NCBI RefSeq assembly: GCF_009914755.1
Contig: NC_060925.1
Reading direction: 5' to 3' (one strand)
Source of the DNA: the human T2T-CHM13v2.0 reference genome, Homo sapiens
Length of the DNA: 64,000 bases
Shown here: in pieces, positions 60,131-64,000 of the stretch
Numbering within the stretch: position 1 is the stretch's first letter
Layout of the letters: every line of letters starts with the position of its first letter
The notes under the pieces: generated by a model
Told to the model about the DNA's origin: nothing
Seen by the model: the letters and a program-made list of their open reading frames with translations, nothing else
Databases searched by the model: none
Made by a program: the position numbers and the translations under genes

Positions 60131-61210
60131 TAGATGGAGAGTTACAAGAGTCTTAGCATGTGTGTGTATGTGTGTGAAGTGTGTGAACATGTGTGTATGT
60201 GTGAACATTTTCACATAGACACATTTTTACTTGTGGAGGGTTTGGAATGTATTCAATAGGTCTTTTTTTTAAATCAGTATTTATACAGAATAGCACTTCA
60301 TCCTCTTTCACTCAAGTTCAGTTTCTTTGGGGGCTATTGTAGGTGACCTCTTGATTGGTTAGACCAAATCACTTCTGAGGTCACTTTCAACCTTGAGAGC
60401 TTAGCTTTAAAAAAAACTTTATATCGCCGCCAAGTAAAGACAGTTGGAATATTAAATGTTTATTTTTTAGGTGGAAGAACTATTTTCAACTCTGGAATCA
60501 ATGCACTGATTTGCAGCTAACAAGCTTTGACATTCTACAATCCTTGTAGAAAATCTCAATGAATTAAAATTCCAATCACATAGATTCCAGTGTTGTCTCC
60601 CCATCAAGATACCGCCTAATGGGAGATTGCAACCAACCCCCTCCGTTTCCTAAATGTTTTCAGCTAATGCATTGCCTGACATCTGTGATGACTCACTAAG
60701 CTGCTGTTTGAAGCAAATCTGCTATTTGCTCAGTAATCCTTTCAGGTGGAGATCAGACATCTGTTAGTGAAATAATTTTTATGAGGCAGAGGTAAATCTT
60801 TCCAGCACCCAGCTGGTTAATGCAAGCAGATTTTCCTGTGGGCTCAATTGCTTGGAGGTCAGATTTCCTTTTTTTCCCCTCCAAATGCTGAGGCTTATGT
60901 GCCGTGGGCAGACGGAGGGCCCTGCAGCATCCTCTGCCTTGCTCTGTCTCTAGTGACCTCACCAAGGATAGGTGCAAACTCAAGCAGCGGTTCTCAATGA
61001 CTTTTTAAGAGTCATGTCCAAGCAAAGTCTTCTCACTCACTGTGTTGTCTGCTAATGCATATCAATACAGAGAATTTCTTTGGAGCTTTGCTCTCAGCAA
61101 TTTGTATTAGTAAACCAGGAGCACATTGAACATGCTTTTGAAAACCAGATGTTATCTCCCCTCTTGAGATTTTAATACTATCTCCTCCTGTGAAAGCATC
61201 ATTTGCTTGC

Positions 61211-61214
<4 letters not shown>

Positions 61215-61260
<46 letters not shown>
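61215..61260. repeat. (GT)23 microsatellite
   Basis: Counted directly. Confidence 0.95.
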
Positions 61261-61262
<2 letters not shown>

Positions 61263-61608
61263 TGAGTGACAGGTGAGACTATCCCAGTGATTCTAAACCA
61301 CCATGGGGCCGATTAGAACCACGTGACCCATATGTCCCTCCAGACTTAAGCACAACATCTCAGGCCCTGAATAGGACAGACCTCCATCTAGTGCTCTCTG
61401 GCTCTGAGAGCCTCCTGGGTGGAACAGTGATGGGAAAGCTTCCAGTTCCCATTAAGTACAGTTGTTGGCTCTGTGACTTTTTTATCTGCTCAATCTCTAT
61501 TGTAACATTCACTTTGGTTTAGAAAACTCCCTTACGATGACCTTTTAATGGAAGGTCAGATTGACCATTCCATTTGCTTCATTATACTTCCTTAAAGGTG
61601 TAGTGAAA

Positions 61609-61612
<4 letters not shown>

Positions 61613-61652
<40 letters not shown>
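61613..61652. repeat. (GT)20 microsatellite
   Basis: Counted directly. Confidence 0.95.
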
Positions 61653-61655
<3 letters not shown>

Positions 61656-61748
61656 AGAGTAATCCACCTACACAAACCCTTTTTAGCGGAGTGTGGTTTC
61701 AAATGGGGTCAAAACAAAACAAAACAGAAAAACAAGAAAAAACAAGCT

Positions 61749-62050
<302 letters not shown>

Positions 62051-62874
62051 CTAACTTGTAGCAAATAGAAGTCTTTCCTGCTTTCGATACAGTTTAAAGT
62101 GCTGTAACTTACAGTTTTTGGAGTTAACTTCCTTACCTCTACCTTTGTTTCTCATATTCATTTTTAACCAGATCATTTCCCCATGATCAGCTTGCTCCAG
62201 GGTCATCAGCTACGTCCACTGGAGGCACGCCTCATTTTCCACACAGGATGTTGAGATGAGCATTTGATTTTGTCCCTTTGATGTTCTATCAATTTGTCTT
62301 GTTTCCTGGAGCGGTGTGGATGCTCTATGGGGGTGCATTTCCAGGTCCCATTAGTGGAGGACAAAGGAAATAAGAGGAGGCACTGGAAACAAGCCCCAGG
62401 AGCAGAGCTGGGCCAGGAAACAGGTGTGAGCCATAATGGAGGAGGGAAGTCAGAGCTTAGAGCCATTGGGGCAAGTTCAAGGTCATAGCCTGACAGCAAG
62501 TTTTGGTGGTCTGTGTTAGAAGGAGATTGGGAGCAAGTCTGGTAGAAGAAGTTTACAATTCTCCTGAGCAATGAGGGTGATGTCTTCTAATTTCATAAAT
62601 TTTGGAGTTCATCATCAGGGAAGAATCCCAGCTGAGCACTGGAGGCAATTCCCTAATGGGCACATTGACCCCAGAAGCCTGTGAGTCATGTCTGGGTAAG
62701 AGAGTATTGGTGAGGGTCATAAGCTATAAGCTATTGTCATAAAGTCAGGAGCACCTCTGGAGTCATCTCCCTCTGAAGGGGAAGGCTGCCCTCCACCCCC
62801 CGTTCCTCCCTATTTACCTTATAATTTTCTGCCCTCTCACTTGTAGAGGATCTTCCACTGCTCTTTTATTTGGA

Positions 62875-63830
62875 CATAAAAAACATTTATTGAGCACCTA
62901 CTATGTGTCAGGCACTGTTTATGCACTGATAATACAATGGGGAACGAGACAGACAGCTCTGATTTGTTCAGTTGTGACAATGAGACAGTGATGTGATTTA
63001 TGGTTATTGATATGATGATACCAAAAGCTACCAGCAAAGAATCTGTTTTCTCTCTTTCACATAAAGGTTGCAACTGACCCCACACAGAAGGACAGCTCTG
63101 CAGAGATAGAATATGGTGGGACTCCAGTCAAGGTGGCAGTTTTCCTGGGTTTCTGGTCCTGGGGGGCCTCAGCAGCTGATGATTCTCATATGAATGAATC
63201 AGACTGGAAGGTGCTAGGAGTTGGTCCTCCAGGACCCTCCCAACGGTGCTGGAGGCTGGAACTGATGTATGCTTGTCCACCAAGAGCAATGACAGGGAGC
63301 CACCTTGGGTGTTTTGGTGCACTTGCTGCAGTACTGGGTGGAGTGAAGTCCAGTTTCTCAAAGCCTGTTTCCTGGGCATCTCATCTCTCCAGCAGACGTA
63401 CACTTTAGGGCTGCCTGAAGTAAACAAGGAAACAAATGGATGTATAATTTAAGGTCAGGTGATGAAAAACGCTACTGAAACATAAAGTAGGATAAGGGGA
63501 TCGTGAGTGAAGATTTGGTGGTTATTTTGGGGTAATGAGAGGAATCCTTTGAGGAGGTGACATTTAAGCAGAGGCTTAAAGGAAGTGAGAATAAGACAAG
63601 TGCAAAGGGTTGGGGAAGAGAATTCCAGGCAGCAGGAATGGCAAATGCAAAGGCCTGGAAATAGGAACTGGCTTGATGGGTTCAAAGACAGCAAGAAGTT
63701 GGGGGTGGTTGGAGGATTGTGAATGATGGGAGAGGAGGAGTGGGAGGTGAGGTCACAGGGGTGGGAAGGGATCAGATCACAAGAGGCCTCAGAGCTCAGG
63801 TAAGGAGTTGTTCTTTCTCCCTTTCCCAAT
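62875..63830 (-). mobile_element. L2 (pieces ~62875-62960 and ~63430-63830)
   Basis: catttattgagcacctactatgtgtcaggcactg; gaggaggtgacatttaagcagagg...attccaggcagcaggaatggcaaatgcaaaggcc. Confidence 0.8.
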
Positions 63831-64000
63831 AGCTGGCATGCACGGGAGTGAGGAGAATATGCCGGATCTGAGAGCCAGCTTTGTTGTTTTTAGGGGAGCT
63901 GAGGCTAGGTGGGTGAGTGCAGGCAGGAGCACATCCTCTGACAGGGAAAGTCAGTGGAGTCACCCTTGCTGGGCCAGTTGCTGACAAGAGGATGAGCCTC

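Overview
Primate (human-like) intergenic DNA dominated by transposable elements: about 25 Alu/FLAM/FRAM copies, L1, L2, MIR, MaLR/ERV1/ERVL LTRs, hAT DNA transposons and microsatellites. I found no intact protein-coding gene, tRNA, rRNA or CRISPR. The only gene-derived sequences I can identify are two adjacent minus-strand processed pseudogenes: a Ku70 (XRCC6) retrocopy at ~10991-13027 and an RPLP0 retrocopy at ~13880-14969. From memory this pair matches XRCC6P3/RPLP0P5 on human 1q41; I could not verify that here. The most unusual structure is at 9.8-15 kb. (i) The Ku70 retrocopy carries an ~85-bp inverted insert stitched from two distant parts of its own coding sequence via microhomologies. 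(ii) It lacks exactly 41 codons at a splice-like junction. (iii) It sits in an unidentified ~0.85-kb island that splits an old L1 and contains a ~145-bp hairpin. A CpG-retaining LTR1-family solo LTR (50390-51199) is the best promoter candidate. I cannot support a new multi-gene system. All repeat subfamily calls are by eye and need RepeatMasker/Dfam confirmation.
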